From positions 248,001 to 312,000 of the IMG/VR virus record IMGVR_UViG_3300034104_005687: a DNA stretch of 64,000 nt; one strand, given 5' to 3'. The notes below the pieces were generated by a model. It was not told the origin of the DNA. It made no database searches and saw nothing but the letters and a program-made list of their open reading frames with translations. The number at the start of each line of letters is the position of its first letter. Position 1 is the first letter of the stretch. Shown here piece by piece: positions 20,471 to 30,161 of the stretch. The position numbers and the translations under genes are program-made.

Positions 20471-21189
20471 ACAAAATACAACCTACCTAGTTCGGTAGGT
20501 TCTTTTTTGAACGTATCTAAAGTCAAGTTGTAGCGTTCAGCAAACTGATTTACAATTTCAAATGTCCAAGGAAAAATATCCACATAGGGACCAGTCTTGT
20601 GCGGGATACCTGGATTGGCTCGCAAAAAGAATTTACCACCAGGCTTCAACAAGTTCACACAGTGTGCAAATCTTTCTTCAATTTCATCTTGTGAGTTAAA
20701 GTTGATACTGCCCAGTGCAATAATCACATCATGTGATTCTGGCTTTACTTTGTAGTCTAGAATATCTACTTCATAATCAGCTGCATCATTGTAAGGATCA
20801 ATACCAACAATATTGTGTATGCGATCTTTAAACGGGTGATAGCCACAGCCCACATCCAGAACTTTTTCAGGATTTAGTTTGTTTACTTCTTCCACTAGTG
20901 CCCATCCTGAGTGATCATATTCACCAGTTCTGGGACGCCAGATTTCACTGAAGAAACGATGTGTGTAACGCTCGCTTAGATCTGCTACAATTTCTTTTAT
21001 TGTGCCACGATATTCACATGGCAAAAACAACTCAGCATCCACAGCATCTTTGAATTTGCTGTAGCGAGCCGGCGTCCACGGCAGTGATTGCACGTTGGTA
21101 TCAGCATCAAAAGAAATATTTGCATACTTGGGTAAATTAAATGCAAGTTGCAAATTTTTTGTAATTAGGTTAAAAATTTTGGTGTTCAT
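20455..21189 (-). CDS. Class I SAM-dependent methyltransferase with a small N-terminal extra domain
   Basis: 'VLDVGCG', 'GIDP' and 'LLKPGG' motifs. Confidence 0.8.
   Translation of the reverse strand: MNTKIFNLITKNLQLAFNLPKYANISFDADTNVQSLPWTPARYSKFKDAVDAELFLPCEYRGTIKEIVADLSERYTHRFFSEIWRPRTGEYDHSGWALVEEVNKLNPEKVLDVGCGYHPFKDRIHNIVGIDPYNDAADYEVDILDYKVKPESHDVIIALGSINFNSQDEIEERFAHCVNLLKPGGKFFLRANPGIPHKTGPYVDIFPWTFEIVNQFAERYNLTLDTFKKEPTELGRLYFVYTKR
20480..20508 (+). terminator. Rho-independent terminator
   Basis: AACCTACC-tagttc-GGTAGGTT hairpin followed by CTTTTTT, just after the stop at 20470. Confidence 0.65.
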
Positions 21190-21243
21190 AGGAAATTTTG
21201 ATATATAAGTTAGATTTTCAATTACTATTTAAGGAGACTTACG

Positions 21244-22203
21244 ATGATCAAGAAATTTCTACTTGCCTTGTTGCTGGTGCCTGCTTTGGCCACTGCTTGG
21301 CAACCCACAAAACCAGTTACTGTGGTATTCCCCAATGGCCCCGGGGCCGGAAACGAAATATCATTTCGTATTGTAGCAGACATTGTGGAACGGAAAACTG
21401 GAGCCAAATTCAATTCTGAATATCGCCCAGGAGCTGACGGCAACATTGCTATCAATCACTTTGTGACAACTCCCCGCGATGGACACACCATTAGTGTGCC
21501 TGCTTGCCAATCAAATTGGGTCACACCTGAAATCTGGTATCCCAACATGATCAAGTACAGCCCAATGGATCTGGAACCCATTGCCAACATTGCTCGCTCA
21601 CCCCTAGCATTTTGGGCACATCCGTCAAGCAAGATCAACACTCCGGAAGAGTTTGTTGCAGCCATTCGTAATAAGCAACGAATGACTGTGGCTATTGGCG
21701 GTGGCGGGCACAAGCTGGCAGTGGAATATCTTGTGGACAAGGTCAGTGTGGCTGGCAGTGATAACTTACAAACTGCTATGTACAAAGGTCCAGCACAGGC
21801 CCTGTTGGATGTCATGGGCGGGCACGTGGAATTTGGCGTAACTCCCGTGGCAGTGGGATATCCTCATGTACAAGCAGGCAAACTCAAGTTCATTGGCATT
21901 GCTGATACACGCCCACTGCCAGGGTTGGAGCACATTCCTTTGATGAGCAAAGCAGCGCCAGGACTCAGCATACACGGCTGTTGGAACATGGTATTGCCAC
22001 CAGGTACACCCCTTGAAATCCAAGCATGGTATCGTGATCAGTTTGTGCCTGCAATTCGCAGTGCAGACGCTGCTGTGAAGTTTCGTGAAAACATGATGTA
22101 CATTACGCCAGAAGAACACAGTGCCGCAGGTGTTAGAGTCAGCATGGCACGTTTGCAGCAGACATGGCAACCCATTGCTCGCAGAATTGATCCCAACAAA
22201 TGA
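21244..22203 (+). CDS. Bug/TctC-family periplasmic solute-binding protein (tripartite tricarboxylate transporter receptor)
   Basis: Signal peptide, 'WQPTKPVTVVFPNGPGAG', 'RPGADGNIA', 'PRDGHT', 'YKGPAQALLDVMGGHV', 'GKLKFIG', 'PPGTP'. AAGGAG RBS. Confidence 0.88.
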   Translation: MIKKFLLALLLVPALATAWQPTKPVTVVFPNGPGAGNEISFRIVADIVERKTGAKFNSEYRPGADGNIAINHFVTTPRDGHTISVPACQSNWVTPEIWYPNMIKYSPMDLEPIANIARSPLAFWAHPSSKINTPEEFVAAIRNKQRMTVAIGGGGHKLAVEYLVDKVSVAGSDNLQTAMYKGPAQALLDVMGGHVEFGVTPVAVGYPHVQAGKLKFIGIADTRPLPGLEHIPLMSKAAPGLSIHGCWNMVLPPGTPLEIQAWYRDQFVPAIRSADAAVKFRENMMYITPEEHSAAGVRVSMARLQQTWQPIARRIDPNK

Positions 22204-22829
22204 AATATATCTTTGTAGCCGGTGCTCCGGGCTCTAAATGGAGCAGCGTGGTCAAAAACATCTATTACTCACCCAGTATCGATCAAAGTGACTACCGAGA
22301 CGAGTGGACCTATTATCACGATGCGTCTGGCCAGCGCGAACTCATGCATTTGGGTGCATACTGGGATCCAGGCATGGCATGCGACCTGCCCGCGGATCTC
22401 ACTACACTTACACAACAACAACTGGAGGAAAAATTCAATGAACCATTCAACCAGGATTCTGCAGGAATCCGAATCATCAAAAGCCATATCTTCTCGTATG
22501 AACAAAATATCAGATACCTGCGTCAGCAGTTCGTAGATTGTGCCATTGTGCTGGTTCATCGCAGCGATGATGCTTGCCTGGGTTGGTGGGTAAAGTGCGG
22601 ACACTTTGACATCACTTACCCCAGTTATGCAGGTTACTATCAAAACTTAAAAAATATGGCCAGCATAATTAAACAGCAAAATACAGGTATACGTCAGGCC
22701 TGGACTCACTACACAGGTTCTGAACCACAGACCAATAGACTGCTGGCTACTGAGCTGGGTATTGAAACGCCACCATTGGAATACATACAAGACTACCACA
22801 TGAGCAACATCAAGGTAAAAGTAATATGA
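22200..22829 (+). CDS. Hypothetical protein, possible P-loop/sulfotransferase-fold
   Basis: 'IFVAGAPGSKWSS', 'IIKSH', 'IVLVHR' pattern. Confidence 0.45.
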   Translation: MKYIFVAGAPGSKWSSVVKNIYYSPSIDQSDYRDEWTYYHDASGQRELMHLGAYWDPGMACDLPADLTTLTQQQLEEKFNEPFNQDSAGIRIIKSHIFSYEQNIRYLRQQFVDCAIVLVHRSDDACLGWWVKCGHFDITYPSYAGYYQNLKNMASIIKQQNTGIRQAWTHYTGSEPQTNRLLATELGIETPPLEYIQDYHMSNIKVKVI

Positions 22830-23476
22830 CACAAAGCAACTGGGAAATAACAAGACAACGCAGTCAATATCATTTTGACAACAGCCGAATGGACCCACGT
22901 TGGGACACTGTACAACAGCTGGGACACATTGCGCCCTGTTGGCATGCGGAATTATCTGAAGCTATCGCAGCATCAACACCAGTGACTTGGCGCACTCGTG
23001 GTCGAGACAACGATCCACTGAAACGTGCATCAGAGGAATACGATCAAGAAGATTATGATCTAGAACAGCAGGGCTATGGTCGAGATCACATTGTTACAGA
23101 CTTGAACTACAACCTGGCACCTGTGTTTCAGCACATTGCTGATCAGTTTGCCTTGGACAAAAGCATGGCTCGCATACACGTACAACGCCCAGGACAGACC
23201 TGGAACCTACACTTAGACAAGCTGGAAAAATGGATGCCAGCAGATCCCAGTCAGGTAGTACGATACTTTGTGCAACTCACAGACTGGCAACCTGGACATT
23301 TTTGGAGTTATGGCAATTACAACTGGTCAGGTTGGCGTGCTGGAGATGTTTCAACTTTTGACTGGGTCAATGTGCCCCATGCAACAGCCAATGCAGGACA
23401 TGTGCCCAGAGCAACACTGCAGATCACCGGAATTAAAACCGCTGCCACAGACACTTTCTTAAATAGTATACTATGA
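22826..23476 (+). CDS. Cupin/2OG-Fe(II) oxygenase-like protein
   Basis: HxD 'LHLD', distal 'PHATANAG' and 'RATLQITG'. Confidence 0.65.
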   Translation: MTQSNWEITRQRSQYHFDNSRMDPRWDTVQQLGHIAPCWHAELSEAIAASTPVTWRTRGRDNDPLKRASEEYDQEDYDLEQQGYGRDHIVTDLNYNLAPVFQHIADQFALDKSMARIHVQRPGQTWNLHLDKLEKWMPADPSQVVRYFVQLTDWQPGHFWSYGNYNWSGWRAGDVSTFDWVNVPHATANAGHVPRATLQITGIKTAATDTFLNSIL

Positions 23477-24270
23477 AACAACCTCAACGTATTCTTATCA
23501 TGGGCCTGCCCGGTGCAGGCAAAACATATCTAGCTCAACAACTAAAGCAACAGCTTGAAAGTCACGGATCTACTGTAGGCTGGCTCAACGCCGACGAAGT
23601 TCGACGTCATTACAACGACTGGGATTTCAGTCGTGAAGGGCGTATACGTCAAAGCCTGCGTATGCGTGATCTTGCTGATGAAAGCAACACAGACTATGTA
23701 ATTGTGGACTTTGTGGCCCCACTGCCCGAAATGCGTCACAACTTCAAAGCTGATTGGTGTATCTGGATGGATACCATTGATGCAGGACGCTACGAAGACA
23801 CCAACAAGATGTTTGTGGAACCTGATGTTTACGATTTCCGTATTACAGAACAGGCAGCAGAAAAATGGTCAGAGTTTGTGGCCGAGCACATCCAGGACAA
23901 TCGTCGCAGACCTGTGTTTGACTGGCAGCGAGAAACAGTTCAAATGCTGGGACGTTGGCAACCATGGCATACAGGCCATCGTGCACTGTTTGAACGTGCT
24001 ATTGCCAAAACAGGGCAAGTTGTGATTCAAATCCGTGACTGCCAAGGCTGGCAAGGGTCAAACCCATTTGCTATAGAACAGGTCAAAAGTTACATACGCA
24101 GAGATCTAGATCCTTTGTATCAGGGACAATACGAAATACAAGTTGTGCCCAATATTGTGAACATTACCTATGGGCGAGATGTTGGTTACAAAATTGAACA
24201 AGAAGTATTTGATGATGCTACTCATTCAATAAGTGCTACTAAAATACGCCGGAGCATGGGGCTTGAATGA
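23473..24270 (+). CDS. cysC: Adenylylsulfate (APS) kinase fused to an HxGH nucleotidyltransferase domain
   Basis: N-terminal 'MGLPGAGKT', 'LNADEVR', 'DFSREGR', 'DFVAP'. C-terminal 'GRWQPWHTGH' and 'ISATKIR'. Confidence 0.8.
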   Translation: MKQPQRILIMGLPGAGKTYLAQQLKQQLESHGSTVGWLNADEVRRHYNDWDFSREGRIRQSLRMRDLADESNTDYVIVDFVAPLPEMRHNFKADWCIWMDTIDAGRYEDTNKMFVEPDVYDFRITEQAAEKWSEFVAEHIQDNRRRPVFDWQRETVQMLGRWQPWHTGHRALFERAIAKTGQVVIQIRDCQGWQGSNPFAIEQVKSYIRRDLDPLYQGQYEIQVVPNIVNITYGRDVGYKIEQEVFDDATHSISATKIRRSMGLE

Positions 24271-24466
24271 TACTACTGCTAGAAGTTTAGTAAAAACCGT
24301 GACATGGAGAGTCACTGGATCGACTGCTACATTTCTGATTGCGTATGCAATGACTGGCAACTTTGCTGTTGCTGGCGTGATAGGGGTGACTCAAATGATA
24401 TCTAACACCATTCTGTACTATATTCACGAGCGGGCATGGAATCGCATTACATGGGGAGTAAAATGA
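24263..24466 (+). CDS. DUF2061-like small membrane protein
   Basis: 'RSLVKTVTWR...YYIHERAW..I.WG'; TTG start after GGAG. Confidence 0.75.
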   Translation: MNDTTARSLVKTVTWRVTGSTATFLIAYAMTGNFAVAGVIGVTQMISNTILYYIHERAWNRITWGVK

Positions 24467-25320
24467 TATTGCCTAGCTTGGTGTTGCCAAGTCGCATAAA
24501 TCAGCACTGGCAATTTTCAGGAATGGATCATATTGACCAGTGCTTTGACAAGAATCATTTTTTGTCATATCCTTACAGTATAACTTACAAGTACAACAGT
24601 CGTGGGTTCCGTGATCAAGAATGGCCCGACACCATGCAAGAATTGCGCAACGCAATATGGTGTATTGGTGACAGCTTCACTGTCGGTCTGGGGTCGCCGC
24701 TGGAACACACCTGGGCATTTCGACTGTCACAGATTGCCAATCGTCGTATCATAAATGTTTCAATGGACGGTGCCAGCAATGAATGGATTGCAAGAACTGC
24801 AAAAAACATTGTTCAAGTTGTTGATCCTGCACAACTTGTAATAATGTGGAGTTACACTCATCGTCGGGAAAGCATCAAAACGTCATTGAGTGATGAATTT
24901 CGAAGAATATATAGCAGTAACTGCACTGACCACGAAGACTGGGAGAATTTCGTAGACTGTAAAAAAAGAGTTGATTTGATTGCAAACTCGGTGCAATTTG
25001 CAGTACCTTGTTTTCGTCATGAACCACCGTTGATTCATCAGAGTTGGTGGGAATCAATACGTGGCACTAACTGGCCAGCAAACCCTCCGACTACACCCCA
25101 AGAATTAAATTCATTGCCAGACTGGATATTGCATGAACTAAAAAATTTGCATGGAAGATTAGACGAATACAGAGATATTGTGACAAGACAACAGTTGTAT
25201 TCTCCACTTCCTGCTACAGTTATACAAGTTGAATCTCAAGATCTTGCTCGAGACGGTCATCATTTTGATTTGATTACAGCTGATTGGGTGGCAACTCAGG
25301 CAACGAGCCGGTTGAATTAA
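24463..25320 (+). CDS. SGNH-hydrolase-like protein
   Basis: 'YNSRGFRD', 'IGDSFTVG', 'NVSMDGASN', C-terminal 'DGHH'. Confidence 0.6.
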   Translation: MILPSLVLPSRINQHWQFSGMDHIDQCFDKNHFLSYPYSITYKYNSRGFRDQEWPDTMQELRNAIWCIGDSFTVGLGSPLEHTWAFRLSQIANRRIINVSMDGASNEWIARTAKNIVQVVDPAQLVIMWSYTHRRESIKTSLSDEFRRIYSSNCTDHEDWENFVDCKKRVDLIANSVQFAVPCFRHEPPLIHQSWWESIRGTNWPANPPTTPQELNSLPDWILHELKNLHGRLDEYRDIVTRQQLYSPLPATVIQVESQDLARDGHHFDLITADWVATQATSRLN

Positions 25321-26518
25321 AGATAGAATTCCAAAATTCTGACTCTGTATGTGTTTTTTCTAACAAGTATTGATCAGTAACTGGTGACGCTGTTTCTGGG
25401 TTGGCCTGAGCCCAGTCGTTGTATATCTCGATCAACTGTTCAAAATTTCTTATTGTTTTTTGTTTTTCAGACAGTGTTTGTTTTTTGATTGGAGGCCCAC
25501 TTATCATTATACCCAACTCAATCATTTGATTTATGGTTTGTTGTGCCTGATCATATCCGTGTTTGAATTGAACCAATGCTTGCTGCTGCGGATGACTCAT
25601 CAGAGACACTACTCCTTCGTGACGTATTAGATTTTGTGCCCATTGCTGCTGTAACTCCGTTGGTAAATTAGCAATATCCTCTACAGAGTGCACTGCCGGC
25701 CAATGCTCAGGAGCGTGCTGTTGGTAATGTTTTACAACGTCAGTTTGTTCCAGTAGTAATTTGTTCAAATCGCTGGGTTTTTCCAGGGGCAAATGATTTA
25801 GATCGCTGCGAGCATAGTGCATCTTGTTCCAGTCATTGAAACTTATGCCAAAATTCTGATTCCATGTTACGCGATTAGATTGAGAGGAAAACACCGGTAG
25901 GTCAAGTATGTATTGTTCTAGTCTAGGAATATCTTTTTCGTAGTTGAAATACGAAGCAATGTCAAAATGTTGCTCGCTCCAGTCAACATACAGTTTGTAT
26001 GCATCCAACTGTCGCTCAAATACCACAGGATCCAGAGTCACTCCCGATTTGTATATTTCGTAAAATGCGTTGATTTTTTCATAGGCAGTGTATACATTTA
26101 GTTTTTTGGTAATTGTGTTCAATGTCATGCTGAGAGCGTGCTCAAACACATTGGCACGCCTACAAGCAATCACATAAAAGTTTTCATTGAGATAGTGATA
26201 AAAAGGAACTTGTTGTTCCATGGTGTCACCACGTCGACGAATATGATAATGTGCCAAGCGTGACGTTTTGTAGTGATCTACACCGTCCAACAACTCTGTT
26301 ACTTGTTGCAGTGTTTGATGATATCCCCAGTCTTTTACTGTTTTTTTGCTGACAATTTCTCGACCAAATTCAGGGCTGTAGTACTTGGCCAGTCCGTTGG
26401 TGAGTTCGTGCATGTTGATAACAGGGCGACCAAAGTCATGAAACTGCATGTAAATGGTCAGCATGCGTTGCAACAAGGTGCTGCCCACAGCATCAGGAGT
26501 GAGAATTAGAACGTTCAT
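25274..26518 (-). CDS. Sulfotransferase-like protein
   Basis: 5'-PSB-like 'TPDAVGSTLL' and 3'-PB-like 'RRANVFEHALS', as in Stf0-type sulfotransferases. Confidence 0.55.
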   Translation of the reverse strand: MNVLILTPDAVGSTLLQRMLTIYMQFHDFGRPVINMHELTNGLAKYYSPEFGREIVSKKTVKDWGYHQTLQQVTELLDGVDHYKTSRLAHYHIRRRGDTMEQQVPFYHYLNENFYVIACRRANVFEHALSMTLNTITKKLNVYTAYEKINAFYEIYKSGVTLDPVVFERQLDAYKLYVDWSEQHFDIASYFNYEKDIPRLEQYILDLPVFSSQSNRVTWNQNFGISFNDWNKMHYARSDLNHLPLEKPSDLNKLLLEQTDVVKHYQQHAPEHWPAVHSVEDIANLPTELQQQWAQNLIRHEGVVSLMSHPQQQALVQFKHGYDQAQQTINQMIELGIMISGPPIKKQTLSEKQKTIRNFEQLIEIYNDWAQANPETASPVTDQYLLEKTHTESEFWNSIFNSTGSLPELPPNQL

Positions 26519-26545
26519 GCAGGTACTTATGGACTAAATATCTAC

Positions 26546-27034
26546 ATGTGGATATTACAACTTCTTCCTGACGCAGTTATTCTTTGGTTCTGTAACATCC
26601 TGTTGTTGGTTGGCGTTGTGCTGACTGTAGCAGGGTTTTTCATTCATAGATTACCTTTCTTGTATCAATATCAGTTGCCCTTCAAAGTCATAGGCATTGC
26701 ACTGTTGACCCTGGGCGTGTACTTTCGCGGAGGCTATGCTGTAGAACACGAGTGGCGTCAACGTGTGGCAGAACTAGAAGCACAACTCAAAGTAGCACAA
26801 CAACAAAGTGCTCAAGTCAACACTGTGATTCAAGACCGTGTGATCACAAAAACACAAGTTATCAAAGAAAAAGCCGACACTCTGGTGCAGTTTGTGGATC
26901 GTGAAATTTTCAAAGATCGTGAAGTTGTACGAGAAGTAAACAACTGTCCTGTACCGCAAGAAGCCATTGATGTGCACAACGAAGCTGCACGAATGAATCG
27001 AGTGATTGAACAGCAAAGAAAGAGCACAAAATGA
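26546..27034 (+). CDS. Rz-like inner-membrane spanin
   Basis: N-terminal TM helices, coiled coil and a C-terminal Cys; adjacent to a lipoprotein gene. Confidence 0.7.
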   Translation: MWILQLLPDAVILWFCNILLLVGVVLTVAGFFIHRLPFLYQYQLPFKVIGIALLTLGVYFRGGYAVEHEWRQRVAELEAQLKVAQQQSAQVNTVIQDRVITKTQVIKEKADTLVQFVDREIFKDREVVREVNNCPVPQEAIDVHNEAARMNRVIEQQRKSTK

Positions 27035-27297
27035 AATTGTTGGTTCTAACTGCTGCGTTGGCGCTGTCAGCATGCTCCACTCCTGTGCCAGTGAAACAAC
27101 CATTTCCTGTGGCTCCTGCTGCACTGCTGGAACGCTGTCCTGACTTGCTGGTCATTGATGACGGCAAAAACAGCATGCGAGACATGCTGAAAGTTGTGAT
27201 ACAAAACTATGCACTGTATTATCAGTGTGCAGAAAAGACTCACGGCTGGCAAGACTGGTACGGTGAGCAAAAAAGAATACATGAGAGCGTGCGATGA
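27031..27297 (+). CDS. Rz1-like outer-membrane lipoprotein spanin
   Basis: Lipobox 'LSAC', Pro-rich segment and two further Cys. Confidence 0.75.
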   Translation: MKLLVLTAALALSACSTPVPVKQPFPVAPAALLERCPDLLVIDDGKNSMRDMLKVVIQNYALYYQCAEKTHGWQDWYGEQKRIHESVR

Positions 27298-27641
27298 GAT
27301 ACAGAGAAATACTGGAATCTTGTTGGAAGGGCTATCAGCGTGTGCCAGGCACAGCTGAATACTCACCAGGCAGTTGTGAAAAGATCAGTGAAACAGATCT
27401 TGAAGAAGACCTGCGTAAATGGTTCAAACAAAAGTGGGTGAGATTTGGACCTGACGGCAAGATCCGTGGAGACTGTGCTAGAGGTTCAGAAAAGGAAGGC
27501 AAACCCAAGTGTTTGCCACAGGCCAAGGCACATGCCCTGGGCAAGAAGGGTCGTGCGTCAGCAGCGGCTCGCAAACGTCGTCAAGACCCTGACGCCAATC
27601 GCAGAGGAGCGGCCATCAACGTGGCCACAAAGAAAAAATGA
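27294..27641 (+). CDS. Basic hypothetical protein, putative internal head protein
   Basis: 'MRYREILE' leader followed by two Cys-containing modules, the second Lys/Arg-rich. Confidence 0.55.
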   Translation: MRYREILESCWKGYQRVPGTAEYSPGSCEKISETDLEEDLRKWFKQKWVRFGPDGKIRGDCARGSEKEGKPKCLPQAKAHALGKKGRASAAARKRRQDPDANRRGAAINVATKKK

Positions 27642-28648
27642 AAATCAATCAATTTGTAAACGAATCCCACATGACCTGTCCCGAGTGCGGCGGCCCTGCT
27701 TTCAGTGATCTGCTGTTGGCAGAAAAGAAAGACGCTTGCTATCACAAGGTCAAAGCAAGTGCCAAGGTATGGCCGTCAGCGTATGCGTCTGGACGACTGG
27801 TGCAGTGCCGCAAAAAAGGTGCTGCCAACTATGGCAACAAATCTGAAGGTGTGGCCGAAGATGCTGTGGCAGACTTTGTGGCTCGCGGCGGCCAGATACA
27901 AAAAGGAAAACTACACAAACCACGTAAGGGTGAAACTTGGCAAGGATCATCACATATTGGCGCAGCGGGTGGACAAGGTACAAAAGGTACAGTGTCAGGT
28001 CGAGCTGCAAACACCAACCCAAAGGGTGGTAAACCAGTGGTCAGTGCCGAAGGTTACAATCCTGAATACGATGACGAAGCAGGCATGGCTGACAACAATC
28101 TCGAAACGCTAGAACGTGCAGTCAAAGGCATTGATGACCTAATTCAAGCCGGTGACAACTTGCCAGAATGGTGCCAAGAAAAGATTGCTGTGGCAAAAAG
28201 CATGTTGGTAAGTGTATGGGACTACATGTATTCAGAAGAAGCCAGTGACGAAGTAGATCCTGAAGTCGATGAGATGTTTGAAGCCATGGATCAGTTAGCA
28301 GAAGAGCTGGCTGCCAAGCACAAGGTCAATGTAGACACTGTGTGGGAAAGTTTTGAACAGCTGGATGATCGCATTCTGTACGAAACTGCTGCATGGCGAC
28401 GCAAAGAAGGCAAAAGCAAAACAGGCGGACTCAATGCCAAGGGTGTGGCCAGCTATCGTCGTGAGAACCCAGGATCAAAACTGCAAACTGCTGTGACCAC
28501 AAAGCCAAGCAAACTGAAGCCTGGATCAAAGGCTGCCAAACGCAGAAAGAGCTTCTGCGCCAGAATGTCGGGCGTAAAAGGCCCAATGAAAAAGCCCAAC
28601 GGCAAACCAACTCGCAAAGCACTAGCACTGCGCAAGTGGAACTGCTGA
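27638..28648 (+). CDS. Modular basic/acidic hypothetical protein, putative internal head protein
   Basis: 'MKINQFVNE' leader; modules separated by LAE/VAE/SAE/LYE motifs. Confidence 0.55.
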   Translation: MKINQFVNESHMTCPECGGPAFSDLLLAEKKDACYHKVKASAKVWPSAYASGRLVQCRKKGAANYGNKSEGVAEDAVADFVARGGQIQKGKLHKPRKGETWQGSSHIGAAGGQGTKGTVSGRAANTNPKGGKPVVSAEGYNPEYDDEAGMADNNLETLERAVKGIDDLIQAGDNLPEWCQEKIAVAKSMLVSVWDYMYSEEASDEVDPEVDEMFEAMDQLAEELAAKHKVNVDTVWESFEQLDDRILYETAAWRRKEGKSKTGGLNAKGVASYRRENPGSKLQTAVTTKPSKLKPGSKAAKRRKSFCARMSGVKGPMKKPNGKPTRKALALRKWNC

Positions 28649-28667
28649 CCATACAAGGAGCCAAGTT

Positions 28668-29285
28668 ATGAGCATACTCACACTACAGCAACTACGACAA
28701 CTGGTACCAAGTGCACCCCACATCGAAGATTGGCACGAAGCCCTGGACCAGCTGCTGGACGACTACGGAATCAACACACCACAACGTGTGGCACACTTCA
28801 TAGCACAATGCGCCCATGAATCAGGAAATTTTAGATTTATTCGTGAGAACTTGAACTACAGTGCCAAAGGCCTGATGAGCACGTTTAAAAAGTATTTCCC
28901 CACAGAAGCACTGGCCACACAGTATCAACGTCAACCTGAACGCATTGCCAATCGAGTGTATGCTAGCCGTATGGGCAATGGCGACGAAGCTTCCGGAGAC
29001 GGATGGCGTTATTGCGGTCGCGGCCTGATCCAACTCACAGGCAAAGACAACTACACATTCTTTGCCGGTAGTCTTGGAATCCCTGTGGAAGAAGCTGCTG
29101 AATACTTGGCCACGTTTGAAGGTGCTGCACAAAGTGCCTGTTTTTTCTGGGAACAAAACAATCTCAATCGTTTTGCTGATGCCAACGACGTCAAAGGTCT
29201 GACTCGTGCCATCAACGGTGGACAGATCGGCCTAGAAGACCGTATCAAACACACCAACCATGCCTTGCATGTCATGGGAGTTTAA
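28668..29285 (+). CDS. Endolysin, glycoside hydrolase family 19
   Basis: 'AHFIAQCAHESG', 'ENLNYS', 'GRGLIQLTGKDNY', 'TRAINGG..GLEDR'. AAGGAG RBS. Confidence 0.92.
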   Translation: MSILTLQQLRQLVPSAPHIEDWHEALDQLLDDYGINTPQRVAHFIAQCAHESGNFRFIRENLNYSAKGLMSTFKKYFPTEALATQYQRQPERIANRVYASRMGNGDEASGDGWRYCGRGLIQLTGKDNYTFFAGSLGIPVEEAAEYLATFEGAAQSACFFWEQNNLNRFADANDVKGLTRAINGGQIGLEDRIKHTNHALHVMGV

Positions 29286-30161
29286 ATGCCAATCATATTT
29301 GAATCCGGTGTATCGATCAGTGCAGGCATAACCATTACAGATGGTACTGGAGAGACCCAAGGGCAGTTATTCTCTACACCTGGCACATTTAGTTGGACTG
29401 CTCCCGAAGGAGTAACCAGCGTGTGTGCTGTTGCCATTGGCGGAGGTGCTGGCGGGTATAGATTTACTGGCGGGCTAAAACGAGGCGCTGGTGGTGGCGG
29501 TGGCGGATTGGGTTGGAAAAACAATATTCCAGTTACGCCAGGGCAAAGTTATACAGTAGTAGTAGGCGCTGGCGGCACTGGAACATCTGGAGCCGATCTT
29601 CCCCTAGCCACTGATGGCACTGAAAGTTATTTCATTAGTGATAGCACAGTTAGAGGCCTTCCTGGTTATCGTACCGGCCTTGGTGGTAGAGAATCTCAAG
29701 GAGGGGGATATATAGGCGATGGCGGCGGCAATGGCGGTAACAGCGGTGGCGATGCTAGCAATGAAGTAGGTGGTGGTGGCGGAGCCGGTGGATATAGTGG
29801 AAACGGCGGTTTAGGAAGCTCGTTTGGAAACAACGGTGCTGCAGGCGCCGGTGGTGGCGGTGGAGCCGGTGGCTCTTATAGAACACCATTCGCTGGTGGT
29901 GACTTTGGACTTGCCGGCGGAGGGGTTGGTGTATTTGGTGAAGGATCAAGTGGAGCAGGAGGTCTTGGCTACAACAACGGTTCTACCACCGACTCAACAG
30001 GTCAAGGTGGTTCAGGCGGAACCGCAGGTAGTTCTGGTCAAGGGGCCGGCGGACTCTATGGTGGCGGTGGCGGATCAGCAAATGCGGGCGGTGGCGGAGC
30101 AGTAAGAATTATTTGGGGCTCAGGCCGTGCGTTTCCATCAACCAATACAGGTAGGTTATAA
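29286..30161 (+). CDS. Glycine-rich virion accessory protein
   Basis: 'TPGTFSWTAPEGVTSVCAVAIGGG', 'VTPGQSYTVVVGAGG', 'GAVRIIWG': glycine-rich domain common in phage fibres. Confidence 0.7.
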   Translation: MPIIFESGVSISAGITITDGTGETQGQLFSTPGTFSWTAPEGVTSVCAVAIGGGAGGYRFTGGLKRGAGGGGGGLGWKNNIPVTPGQSYTVVVGAGGTGTSGADLPLATDGTESYFISDSTVRGLPGYRTGLGGRESQGGGYIGDGGGNGGNSGGDASNEVGGGGGAGGYSGNGGLGSSFGNNGAAGAGGGGGAGGSYRTPFAGGDFGLAGGGVGVFGEGSSGAGGLGYNNGSTTDSTGQGGSGGTAGSSGQGAGGLYGGGGGSANAGGGGAVRIIWGSGRAFPSTNTGRL

